From Euglena gracilis (taxonomy: Eukaryota): a stretch of 64,000 bases of DNA. The stretch spans positions 36,193,703 to 36,257,702 of the forward strand of contig CP154954.1 of the NCBI GenBank assembly GCA_039621445.1, given 5' to 3'. A program made the position numbers and the translations under genes. Positions 11,332 to 20,246 of the stretch are shown here, one piece after another. How positions within the stretch are numbered: the first letter of the stretch is position 1; each line of letters opens with the position of its first letter. The notes below the pieces were generated by a model, which worked only from the letters and a program-made list of their open reading frames with translations, was not told the DNA's origin and made no database searches.

Positions 11332-12016
11332 TGTGCGGGATAACCCCCTTTGCTGCTCCGCTTGTTCCAGGTCCGTGGGGTTTCCCTCTCCCCGCGTAGG
11401 ATCGATTACCCTGCCCAGTTGAATTTCAATTCCCCGCGCGGCCTTTGTTAAAAATTGTTTCATTTTCTTTGGTTATAACTCTTTCCTTCTCGGGGTTGTT
11501 GTGGGGTGGGTCCTTGAGGGGGGTCACAACTCGGGTATAAAACACCTGTCGGTCTTGATCAAAGCACTGAAATGCCTTCACGTCGAGGTCAGATCGCTGA
11601 TCGCTGGATTGAGTGAAGCAGTCTTCGACGCCGGCGAACGGGGGAACTTAGGTCCACTGGCAGCAACAACTCCTGCTTCAAACTTCACTTCTGACCACAA
11701 TACTTGACCAGATAATCAACGTCCACTCCCAATGAAATCTTGACAAACTTGAATTGACTTGAAACTTGAACCAGATATGCCAATGACAAATGTATAATCA
11801 GATTGAGTGCAGAGTGGTGACAGAGCCCTGCGGGAGTCAGTGGTTAAAATGTGGCCAGGTGTTAAAATTCAGTTAGGAGGGGGTTTTCCTAATTGTTTCA
11901 TCATTGAAACAGTAGGCCCCTGGTTGGGTCAAGTCCCCTGGTTAGTTCTGTGGCGCCTGGGTTAGCTTTTAAGGTTAGCGCCTGAGGTTAACTAACTTAC
12001 CAGGGCCCCTGACTCA
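11332..12016 (-). repeat. LTR2 (3' LTR of E2), 685 bp
   Basis: Element-sense termini TGAGTCAG...CCCGCACA, preceded by a PPT and ending at the satellite junction. Contains CCCGCGTAGGATC (11391-11403), a CTTGAA cluster (11748-11770) and CAGAGCCCTG (11821-11830). Confidence 0.72.
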
Positions 12017-12029
12017 CGCTCCCCTTCCC
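12017..12029 (-). promoter_or_regulatory. Polypurine tract of E2 (GGGAAGGGGAGCG)
   Basis: Purine run immediately 5' of the LTR TG on the minus strand, with the same AGCG|TG ending as the E3 PPT. Confidence 0.7.
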
Positions 12030-12119
12030 AAGGAGTTGTCTACAACTCTTTTCGACTCTCTTAGGAAGGGGTGCGGAGTGCGTTTGTTGTAAGGGGGCTG
12101 GGCTGTTCCTGTTTTTGGT

Positions 12120-13145
12120 CTCAGGTTGGTTCCTCCTCGGGGGGGGGGGGGCTGGTTTTTTTCCTTTTTTTCAGGTGACTGAACCCCCCCCGGTTTCATG
12201 TCGTTGGGGGGGGCAGTAAGGCGCCGTGGGGGGGGGGGGCTGGCCTGGGTTTTTTTTTTCAGGTGGCTGTCCCCCCCGGTTCCTTGTTTTCCTTGTCGTG
12301 GGGGGGGCAGGGGTGTTCCGGGGGGGGGCAGGGGTGTTCCGCCTCCCCCTGCCAAGCGGTCAGTCGCCGGCCAGGGGCGAATTTTTATGAAAATCCAGCG
12401 AAGGCTGAGTCAGAGTCTTTCAGTTAAAATCAGGCTGGGGCCCGTTTTTCTTTCTTTCTTTTTTTTTCAGGGGGGTCAGGTGGCTGGTTCCCCCACGTTT
12501 GGTCCACGGGGGGGGGCAGGCATCCAGCACTGCCCACAACCAAAACTTATTTGTCTGTTTTTTTTTGTGGGGGGGCAGTTGGCTGGGCCCCAGTTTTTTT
12601 TTTTCAGCCTCGGTGGCGCACCCCTACCAGTTCCAGGTCCTGAACGGGGGGGGGGGCAGGCAAACGCTGCCCACCTCAGCCAAAAAGTCGTCTTGAATTC
12701 TTTTTTACACTCCCTGGGGTGTATCCTGGCACCCCGGATCTGTCAGGCATGGGGGGGGGAAGGCAGCAGGCTCCTTAATGCCCCTCTTCCGCTCCACCCC
12801 CTCTCTTTCGTCAAACGTCTTTGTAGTTGAAAAATGCACAAATTAAGCGGAGGGCTGGGTTTCAGTTGAGCCCTCTACGCTCTGGGTCAGACCAGGTGTG
12901 GCCAACCCTGGTTCCGGTTTCTTTTTCTTTTTTCTTTCGTTGTAGGTCCGGGGCTGCCATCCCCTCTAGGCCCGGGGGGGGCAGGCGTCAAGCGCTGCCC
13001 ACGGTCTGTTTTTGGGGGGGGGGCAGTAGCTGGGCCCCCCATCTTTTCCTTTCTTGCTTTTTTTTTTGGGTGCGGTGGCTGGACCCCCCCTCCCAGGTCC
13101 CTTGTCGGGGGGGAACGGCAGGCGCCAAGCGCCGCTGCCCTTTTT
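12120..13145. repeat. Degenerate hairpin-forming repeat region in the E2 3' UTR
   Basis: Recurring T-tract + CAGGTGGCTG-like motif + C-run...G-run + GGGCAG...CTGCCC modules. Motif starts at 12172, 12260, 12477, 12576, 13024 and 13073. Confidence 0.6.
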
Positions 13146-13232
13146 TTATATATTATAAAATCTCTGCCCCCACCTTAGGCTGCCCGTGGGGGGGAACCCA
13201 GGTCCTCACTGAGGGGGGGGGGCACCCTAGGT

Positions 13233-13949
13233 TCAGCGTGGGGGGAGCACCCCAGGTTCGGCGGGAGGGGGGGGGGGCGCTCCAGATTCAGTGTGGGACA
13301 GCTTCCCTTCCCACTGCGGTTGAAGAAACGGTCTGAGAGCTCTGGACAGGTAAAGGGGGGGGGGGGGCTGCGAGGGGGCAGCCCGAACCAATATGGGGGG
13401 GGGGGGGGGAAGGGAGCCTCCAGGGGGGAGCCAGCCCCAGAGGTCCTGGAGGTACCAGGGGGTGGGGCGTCGCGGGGGCGAGTCGTTGTCGGAGGAGGAG
13501 GGGGAGGTCGGCGACGCCGGGGGGGACGGGCTCCGCTCCGGAGTCCCGAGGTAGAGGGGGGGGCTGAGGGAGCGGGGGGCTGCGGGGACTGCTGCAGACG
13601 GAGCGCTTGCGCTCCCTCCGGGGGGGGGGGGGGGTCGTTGTTGGGGGGGGCTGGGGGGGGAGTGGGGGGGGGGTAGGCTGGGGAGGGGGGGGGGTGGGCG
13701 TGCTCCAGCCGGTGGCAGGGGGGGGAGCTCGGCCTCGAGGACCTTGCGTAGGGGTGGGGGTAGAATTGTGGGGATGATGAAGTCGGGGGTTGGGGGTGGC
13801 TGGTATGGGGGAGGGGTGGGCGTCGAAGGTGTTGAGGTTGAAAGTAGGGGTGGTGATGTTGGGGTTGTTGGTGTAGGTCTTGGCGTTGTAGACGTCGCTG
13901 TCGGGGCATCTGTGAGGAAATGTGGGGATGATGAAGACAAGGAACCTTG
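13233..13949 (-). CDS. Pro/Ser/Thr-rich extra ORF of E2 (about 238 codons, no ATG), in frame with pol after one TGA
   Basis: ORF track 13233..13940 extends upstream to the TGA at 13952-13950. Contains PPPY and protein-like patches (DFIIPTILPPPLRKVLEAEL, WYLQDLWGWL). C-rich DNA also leaves other frames open. Confidence 0.4.
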   Translation of the reverse strand, partial: QGSLSSSSPHFLTDAPTATSTTPRPTPTTPTSPPLLSTSTPSTPTPPPYQPPPTPDFIIPTILPPPLRKVLEAELPPLPPAGARPPPPLPSLPPPHSPPSPPQQRPPPPPGGSASAPSAAVPAAPRSLSPPLYLGTPERSPSPPASPTSPSSSDNDSPPRRPTPWYLQDLWGWLPPGGSLPPPPPILVRAAPSQPPPPLYLSRALRPFLQPQWEGKLSHTESGAPPPPPAEPGVLPPR

Positions 13950-14084
13950 TCACTTCATCAGTTCCAACAATTCCTTGACGTCCAAATCCACCCCGTTCTC
14001 CACACAATAGGCAACCACGTCCTTGTTGATTCTGAAGAAGAAATTCCCCAGTGCTTCCCGACAACACGTAAACTGCCGGCAACA
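13950..14084 (-). pseudogene. Truncated pol C-terminus, chromodomain-like tail
   Basis: Manual translation ...REALGNFFFRINKDVVAYCVENGVDLDVKELLELMK* resembles the WEPxxNF plus helix end of retrotransposon chromodomains. Too short for the ORF track and recognised by eye only. Confidence 0.45.
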
Positions 14085-14087
14085 TCA

Positions 14088-14205
14088 AACCCGAGCTACA
14101 GGGGTCGGTAACCTGGTGACGCAGTACTCGTGAGAGGCACTCAGCCAACTAGGGCCGTGTGAGGCATAACCCGAGCTGCAGGGGCCACGGCCATAGTGAC
14201 GCAGT
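14088..14205 (+). repeat. Two-copy bipartite direct repeat, period 80 bp
   Basis: AACCCGAGCTACAGGGG-N11-GTGACGCAGT (14088-14125) and AACCCGAGCTGCAGGGG-N11-GTGACGCAGT (14168-14205). Confidence 0.8.
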
Positions 14206-14307
14206 GGGCTAGTGTAGTAAGGCTCTTGGGAGGGGAGTGTGTGCGGCAGACGGGAGATCGTACGGAGGTTGGTAGCTGGCGCGTAATACCAAGCCGAGTA
14301 TCGCTCG

Positions 14308-14364
14308 AGGCGCAATTTTGCCCGCGGCGGGCGTGCGCAAAACGCAGCAGTTACCGTCCGGGAG
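14308..14364 (-). repeat. Inverted satellite A fragment
   Basis: AGGCGCAATTTTGCCCGCGGCGGGCGTGCGCAAAACGCAGCAGTTACCGTCCGGGAG is the reverse complement of part of the monomer. Confidence 0.92.
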
Positions 14365-14627
14365 ACTGTATACGTCGGTCGTCACCACCCGCCGTTGGAC
14401 GGCCACGGGGCAGCTCATACTACTTGCCGTGGCACACCCTCAGGCGGGGAACTACACCCAAGGTCCGGCCAACCAGTGTCTCGTCCTTGGGCGCAGTTGC
14501 ACGCGCCGGTCGATCCCCGCGGTATGCCCTCTGCCCGTACGGGATCCACCAGGACTCACACGGCGGGACCTGGGTCTCGAACCCACGACCTCCCGCGTGT
14601 CAGCCCAGCACCTTACCGCCCGCGGCC
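14365..14627 (-). mobile_element. tRNA-derived SINE (tRNA-Val-like head) with about 200 bp of unrelated body
   Basis: Minus strand GGCCGCGGGCGGTAAGGTGCTGGGCTGACACGCGGGAGGTCGTGGGTTCGAGACCCAGG has an A-box-like motif, a CT-GAC-AC loop, AGGTC variable loop and B-box GGTTCGAGACC. The anticodon stem does not pair. Confidence 0.7.
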
Positions 14628-17312
14628 CTTCGCAACAGTTCGTTAAAGGATCGCCCACCACTAGCTGGGACAGAGCGCTCGTTTTTGGGAGCGCCGGCGC
14701 AGCGGACTTCGGCAAAAACCGGCCAGAAAATGACGTTTTTTGGGCCGTCCGTTACCAACGTGCTACTTTGCGCCTCCCGGACGGTAACTGCTGCGTTTTG
14801 CGGAGGCCCGGCGCGGGCAAAACTGCGCCTGTCCGCCCGCCGACCTTCGACCTTCGCAACAGTCGATTAAAGGATCGCCGACCTCTAGCCGGGGCAGAGC
14901 GCGAGTTTTTGGAGCGCCGGCGCAGGGTGTTTTGGCCAAAGAACGGCCGAAAAATGACGTTTTTTTGGGGCGTCCGTTACCGACGCCCCAATTTTGCGTC
15001 TCCCGGAATGTAACTGCTGCGTTTTGCGCACGCCCGGCACGGGCAAAATTGCGCCCGTCCGTCCGCAACAGTTAGTTAAAGGATCGCCTACCCCTAGCCG
15101 GGGCAGAGCGCTCGTTTTTGGAGCGCCGGCGCAATCGGATCTCGGTCGAAAACGGCCGAAAAAAGACGTTTTTTTGGGGCGTCCGTTCGTTACCAACGTG
15201 CTATTTTGAGCCTCCCGGAATGTCACTGCTGCGTTTTGCGCACGCCCGGCGCGGGCAAAATTGCGCCTCTCCGTCCGTAACAGTTAGTTAAGGATCGCCG
15301 ACCTCTAGCCGGGGCAGAGCGCTCGTTTTTACAGCGCCGGCGCAGCGGATTTTGGCAGAAAACGGCCGAAAAATGACGTTTTTTCTGGCGTCCGTTACCA
15401 ACGTGCTACTTTGCGCCTCCTGGACAGTAACTGCTGCGATTTGCGCACGCCCGGCGCGGGCACATTTGCGCCTGTCCGCCCGGCGCCCTTCGCAACAGTT
15501 AGTTAAAGGATCGCCGACCTCTAGCGGGGCAGAGCGCTCGTTTTTGGAGCGCCGGCGCAGCGGATTTTGGCCGGAAATGGTCCACAAATGACATTTTTTG
15601 TTTTTTGGGAGGGTAACTGCTTCCTTTTTCCGCACGCCCGGCGCGGGCAAAATTGCGCCTGTCCCACCGCTGCCCTTCGCAACAATTTTTTCAATGATCG
15701 CCGACCTCTAGCCGTGGCAGAGCTCTCGTTTTTGGAGCGCCGGCGCAGCGGATGTTGGCGGAAAACGGCCGCAAAATGAGGTTTTTTCAGGTCGTCCGTT
15801 ACCCACGTGCTATTTTGCGCCTCCCGGAATGTAACTGGTGCGTTTTGCGCACGACCGGCGCGGGCAATATTGCGCCTGTCCACCAGGCGCCCTTCGCTGC
15901 AGATAGTTAAAGGATCGCCGACCTCTAGCCGGGGCAGAGCGCTCGTTTTTGGAGCGCCGTGGCAGCGGATTTCGGCCGAAAACGGCCAGAAAATGACGTT
16001 TTTTGGGGGCGTGTGTTACCAACGTGCTACTTTGCGCCTCCCGGAATGTAACTGCTGCGTTTTGCGCACGCCCGGCGGCGGCAAAATTGCGCCTGACGGC
16101 CCGCCGCCCTTTGCAACAGTTAGTTAAAGGATCGCCGACGTCTGGCCGGGGCAGAGCGCTCGTTTTTGGAGCTCCGGAGCAGCAGATTTCGGCCGAAAAC
16201 GGCCGAAAAATGACGTTTTTTGGGGCGTCCGCTATCAACGTGCTATTTTGCGCCTCCTGGACGGTAACTGCTGCGTTTTGCGCACGCCCGGTGCGGGCAA
16301 AATTGCGCCTGTCCGCCCGCCGTTCTTCGCAACAGTTAGTTAAAGGATCGCCGACGTCTGGCCGGGGCAGAGCGCGAGTTTTTGGAGCGCCGGCGCAGCG
16401 GGTGTCGGGCAAAAAACGGCCGAAAATTGACGTTTTTTGGGGCGCCCGTTACCAACGTGCTACTTTGCGCCTCCCGGACGGTAACCGCTGCGTTTTGCGC
16501 ACGCCCGGCGCGGAGAAAGCTGCACCTGTCCGCCCGCCACCCTTCGCAACAGCTATTTAAAGGATCGTCGACCTCTAGCCGGGGCAGAGCGCTCGTTTTT
16601 GGAGCGCCGGCGCAGCGGGTGTCGGGCAAAAAAGGCCGAAAATTGACGTTTTTTGGGGCGTCCGTTACCAACGTGCTACTTTGCGCCTCCCGGACGGTAA
16701 CCGCTGCGTTTTGCGCACGCTCGGCGTGGGCAAAGTTGCGCCTGTCTGCGCGCCACACTTCGCAACAACTATTTAAAGGATCGTCGACCTCTAGCCGGGG
16801 CAGAGCGCTCGTTTTTGGAGCGCCGGCGCAGCCGGTGTCGGGCAAAAAAAACGGCCGAAAAAAATGTCGTTTTCTGGGGCATCCGTTACCAACGTGCTAT
16901 TTTGCGCCTCCCGGAAGGTAACTGCTGCGTTTTGTGCACGCCCGCCGGGGGCAAAATTGAGCCTGTCCGCCGTCCGCTCTTCGCAGCAGCTATGTTGAGG
17001 GTCGCCGATTTCTTGCCCGGGGCAGAGCGTTCGTTTTTGGAGCGCCGGTGCAGCGGATTTCGGCCAAAAAACGGCCGAAACATGACGTTTTTTGGGGCCT
17101 CCGTTACCAACGTGCTACTTTGCGCCTCCCGGACGGTAACCGCTGCGTTTTGAGCACGCCCGGCGGGTGCAAAATGTCCGCCTGCCGCCGTTCGCAACAT
17201 TTAGTTAAAGGATCGTCGACCTCTAGCCGGGGCAGATCGCTTATTTTGGAGCGCCGGCGCAGCGGATGTCGGGCGAAAAACGGCCGAAAAATTGCGTTTT
17301 TTTGGGGCGTCC
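14616..17312 (+). repeat. Satellite A forward block, more diverged, about 12 copies
   Basis: Same monomer with more substitutions and indels, e.g. at 15040-15070 and 15590-15630. Confidence 0.96.
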
Positions 17313-18296
17313 CTCTGCCCCGGCTAGAGTTCGGCGATCCTTAAAACAGCTGTTGCGAAGAGCGCGGACGGACAGGCTCAATTTTGCCCGCGGCGGCGTG
17401 CACAAAACGCAGCAGTTACCTTCCGGGAGGCGCAAAATAGCACGTGGTAACGGACGCCTCCCAAAAAAACGTCCTTTTTCCGCCGTTTTTGGCCGAAATC
17501 CGCGGCGCCGGCGCTCCAAAAACGAGCGCTCTGCCACGGACAGAGGTCGCCGATCCTTTAACTAACTGTTGCGAAGGGCGGCGGGCGGACAGGCGCAATT
17601 TTGCCTGCGGCGGTCGTGCGCAAAACGCTGGCAGTTACCGTCCGGGAGGCGCAAAGTAGCACGTTGGTAACGGACGCCCCAAAACACGTCATTTTCGGCC
17701 GTTTTCGGCCGAAATCCGCTGCGCCGGCGCTCCAAAAGCGAGCGCTCTGCCCGGGCTAGAGGTCGCCGCTCCTTTAACTAACTGTTGCGAAGGGCGGCGG
17801 GCGGACAGGCGCAATTTTGCCTGCGGCGGTCGTGCGCAAAACGCTGGCAGTTACCGTCCGGGAGGCGCAAAGTAGCACGTTGGTAACGGACGCCCCAAAA
17901 CACGTCATTTTCGGCCGTTTTCGGCCGAAATCCGCTGCGCCGGCGCTCCAAAAGCGAGCGCTCTGCCCGGGCTAGAGGTCGGCGATCCTTTAACTAACTG
18001 TTGCGAAGGGCAGCGGGGGGACAGGCGCAATTTTGCCCGCGCCGGGCTTGAACAAAACGCAGCAGTTACCGTCCGGGAGGCGCAAAATAGCACGTTGGTA
18101 ACGGACACCCAAAAAACATCATTTTTCGGCCGTTTTTGGCCGAAATCCGCTGCGCCAGCGCTCCAAAAACGAGCGCTCTGCCGAGGCTAGAGGTCGGCGA
18201 TCCGTTACCGAACTGTTGCGAAGGGCGGCAGGCGGACAGGCGCGGTTTTGCGCTCGCCGGGCGTGCGCAAAACGCAGCAGTTACCGTCCGGGAGGC
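17313..18296 (-). repeat. Satellite A reverse block, about 4.5 copies
   Basis: Polarity switch at GGGGCGTCC|CTCTGCCCCGGCTAGAG. Ends at GGGAGGC|TGTTGG (LTR3). Confidence 0.95.
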
Positions 18297-19258
18297 TGTT
18301 GGGGGTCGGGGACCCTGATCGCCCGGGGGGGCTGCCGCTTTCGCTGGGGCCGCAACTGCCCTTTTCCGGCCCTGGTGGGCTCAGGCCGGGGCCTTTGGCA
18401 AGTTGGGCCCCGTTTTCAAAAATGCCAACCGGCGGTAAACGGGGTGAGGTGTCCCCCCCCGACCCAGGGTCCTCAGTTGCCCCGCGTAGGATCTTTTTTT
18501 CTTTCCATTGTTGGTTTTTTCTCATTTCTCAACTTGAACTTTGTGGCTGAAAAATCCCGAGAGGCAAAAGCCAACCCACCTACTTAGGTGAGCAAATCAG
18601 CAGCACAAGACAAACCTGGCTTGGAGGTTTGGGAGTACCTGGATTCAGGAAACCTGCTGCTTGGGGTTGGAAAACAATTTGGAAAGCAATGCCTTGGTTT
18701 CTTGGAATAATTGAATTGTCCTTTTGATTGTTTAATTCTCAGGTGACTTTTCTGCTTCTGTGATTCTCAAATCGAATTCTCAAGTTCTTCTTGAAATTTG
18801 CTGGGGTTCCAATTCAACTCGAGCGGCGGTTGACTTGCTTTGGTTATTTCTACTGGGGGTTTTTGTTAATTTTCTGGTAATTTTTTGGCTGCCGACGCCA
18901 GAGGCAGCCGACACCCTCTCCCTTTGGACGTTAGTCGGACCCGTTTTTCTGCACCCCCCCACCGAACAAAAACGGGGAGAGTGAAATTGATTTTTTTTGT
19001 AGGGGGCAAAATTCTGTGTTTTTTTTGAAACGGGTCGTGTCGCTTTTTTTTGCAAATCGGTGTTACGAGTCTGAACCCCCCCCACCAGCCATAATATCGG
19101 GCACCTTGGGGGACTCTGAGAAAATCAGGTCTTCGGGGGACCAGCCCCCACCCCTTTCCTCCGACAAGCATGGGGAACGGGTTTTTGGAACACAAAATCT
19201 GAAAAACGCTTCCAAACGAAACAAACTCTGGGCACTACACCGCAAGGCCTAAGTCCCA
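18297..19258 (-). repeat. LTR3 (3' LTR of E3), 962 bp
   Basis: Element-sense termini TGGGACTT...CCCCCAACA. Contains CCCGCGTAGGATC (18481-18493) and CTTGAACTT (18533-18541). Confidence 0.65.
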
Positions 19259-19270
19259 CGCTGCCCCCCT
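19259..19270 (-). promoter_or_regulatory. Polypurine tract of E3 (AGGGGGGCAGCG)
   Basis: Plus strand CA|CGCTGCCCCCCT parallels CA|CGCTCCCCTTCCC of E2. Confidence 0.6.
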
Positions 19271-20246
19271 GGTCAAAATTCTTTGTTATTTTTTTTTGGC
19301 TGCTTTCATTACGCTAGACTTCATTCTATTTCGATTTTTTTTAAACAAATCAGGGACTTTGGCCAACGGTGCCTCAGAAAACGATTTGTGTGGGGAAAAG
19401 AAAAAGAGAAACACGGGCATTCCTTTCCAATTCGGGAGAGAAAAGGTGAAACGGTCAGGGTAAGAAAAATGCAAACAGTGAAAAGTGAAAAGGTGAAAGG
19501 CAAAAGTGAAAAGGTGAGAGGGTAAGCGGTTATATGTAATAGTGTACAAATCGGTGTGCGGGTTCGTGTGCGTGTGCGGTTGTGTGTTTTGTGCGCAAGC
19601 ACGCTCACTTCCTTGTCATGCATTCCAACCGAAAATGACTGGGCCGATTTTTCTTTGAACGCAAAGAGAACAGGGCTTCGCAATGGCCCTCAACCACTAT
19701 ATCACAGGGCTTTAGTGCCCACGTGGCTGGTTTTTTTTGTCGGCCCACAACAGAGCCTATGGACGGAGGAGGGGTCATCTCCGGTCCAGGGTCCCCCCCC
19801 CCCGAGTTCGATTGCCTCCAAGCTGTGTTCCATGAAAAAATGCCTTTGACCAATGTCCAATAGTCCAAACCGAATCAAAAAACTGAGTTTTAAAACTCCA
19901 ACTCGTTTTGTCGTCCACCGGAAAAAATATCAAAATCCCAGGTTTTTCCAACTATTTGAATAAAAATCCTCCAGCAACGAAAATCCTCAAAAAAATCGAA
20001 AAATCTGAGTCCAACACAGGGCCTACAAAAGCCCTCAACAAAATAAAGTCCAGAATTCCAACCTCTGACATCCAGCTGAGAACAACCAACCCAAACAAAA
20101 GCATCCAGCAGCATACCGTTGTTGAGGGGCCAGGCTATCCGGCCCAGCTTTTGGCCCAACCGACTCACTGCCGTAAAGCCCACCAATCCTGCTTGCCAAT
20201 TAAAATTAACTGCCGCCCCCCCCCCCCCCCAAACACACGGGGCAAG

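Larger units (their letters stand above)
11332..14084 (-). mobile_element. LTR retrotransposon E2, 3' portion (pol C-terminus, extra ORF, long UTR, PPT, 3' LTR), probably chromodomain-bearing Ty3/gypsy
   Basis: Minus-strand order is chromodomain-like pol end, Pro-rich ORF, UTR, PPT GGGAAGGGGAGCG, then TG...CA LTR joined to satellite A. Confidence 0.7.
18297..20246 (-). mobile_element. LTR retrotransposon E3, 3' portion (UTR, PPT, 3' LTR)
   Basis: TG terminus exactly at the satellite junction, PPT at 19259-19270 and the shared U5 13-mer. The internal part is cut by satellite at 20247. Confidence 0.68.

Noticed and set aside
11376-11415. Resemblance to the 3' half of tRNA-Ser (TGGGGTTTCCC...CCCGCGTAGGATCGA...CCTGCC)
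   Set aside because: No D-arm, anticodon arm or acceptor stem. The match rests on the shared 13-mer and does not extend in LTR1 or LTR3.
11939-11991. Interstitial telomere repeat
   Set aside because: Only isolated GGTTAG words with irregular spacing, not tandem TTAGGG.
12160-12950. Series of splice-acceptor-like T-tract-CAG|G sites suggesting a plus-strand gene
   Set aside because: No coherent exons or donor sites. The sites are part of the repeated UTR modules, antisense to the element.
14561-14627. Functional tRNA-Val(GAC) gene
   Set aside because: The anticodon stem does not pair and the 5' acceptor strand is replaced by satellite. Treated as a SINE head.
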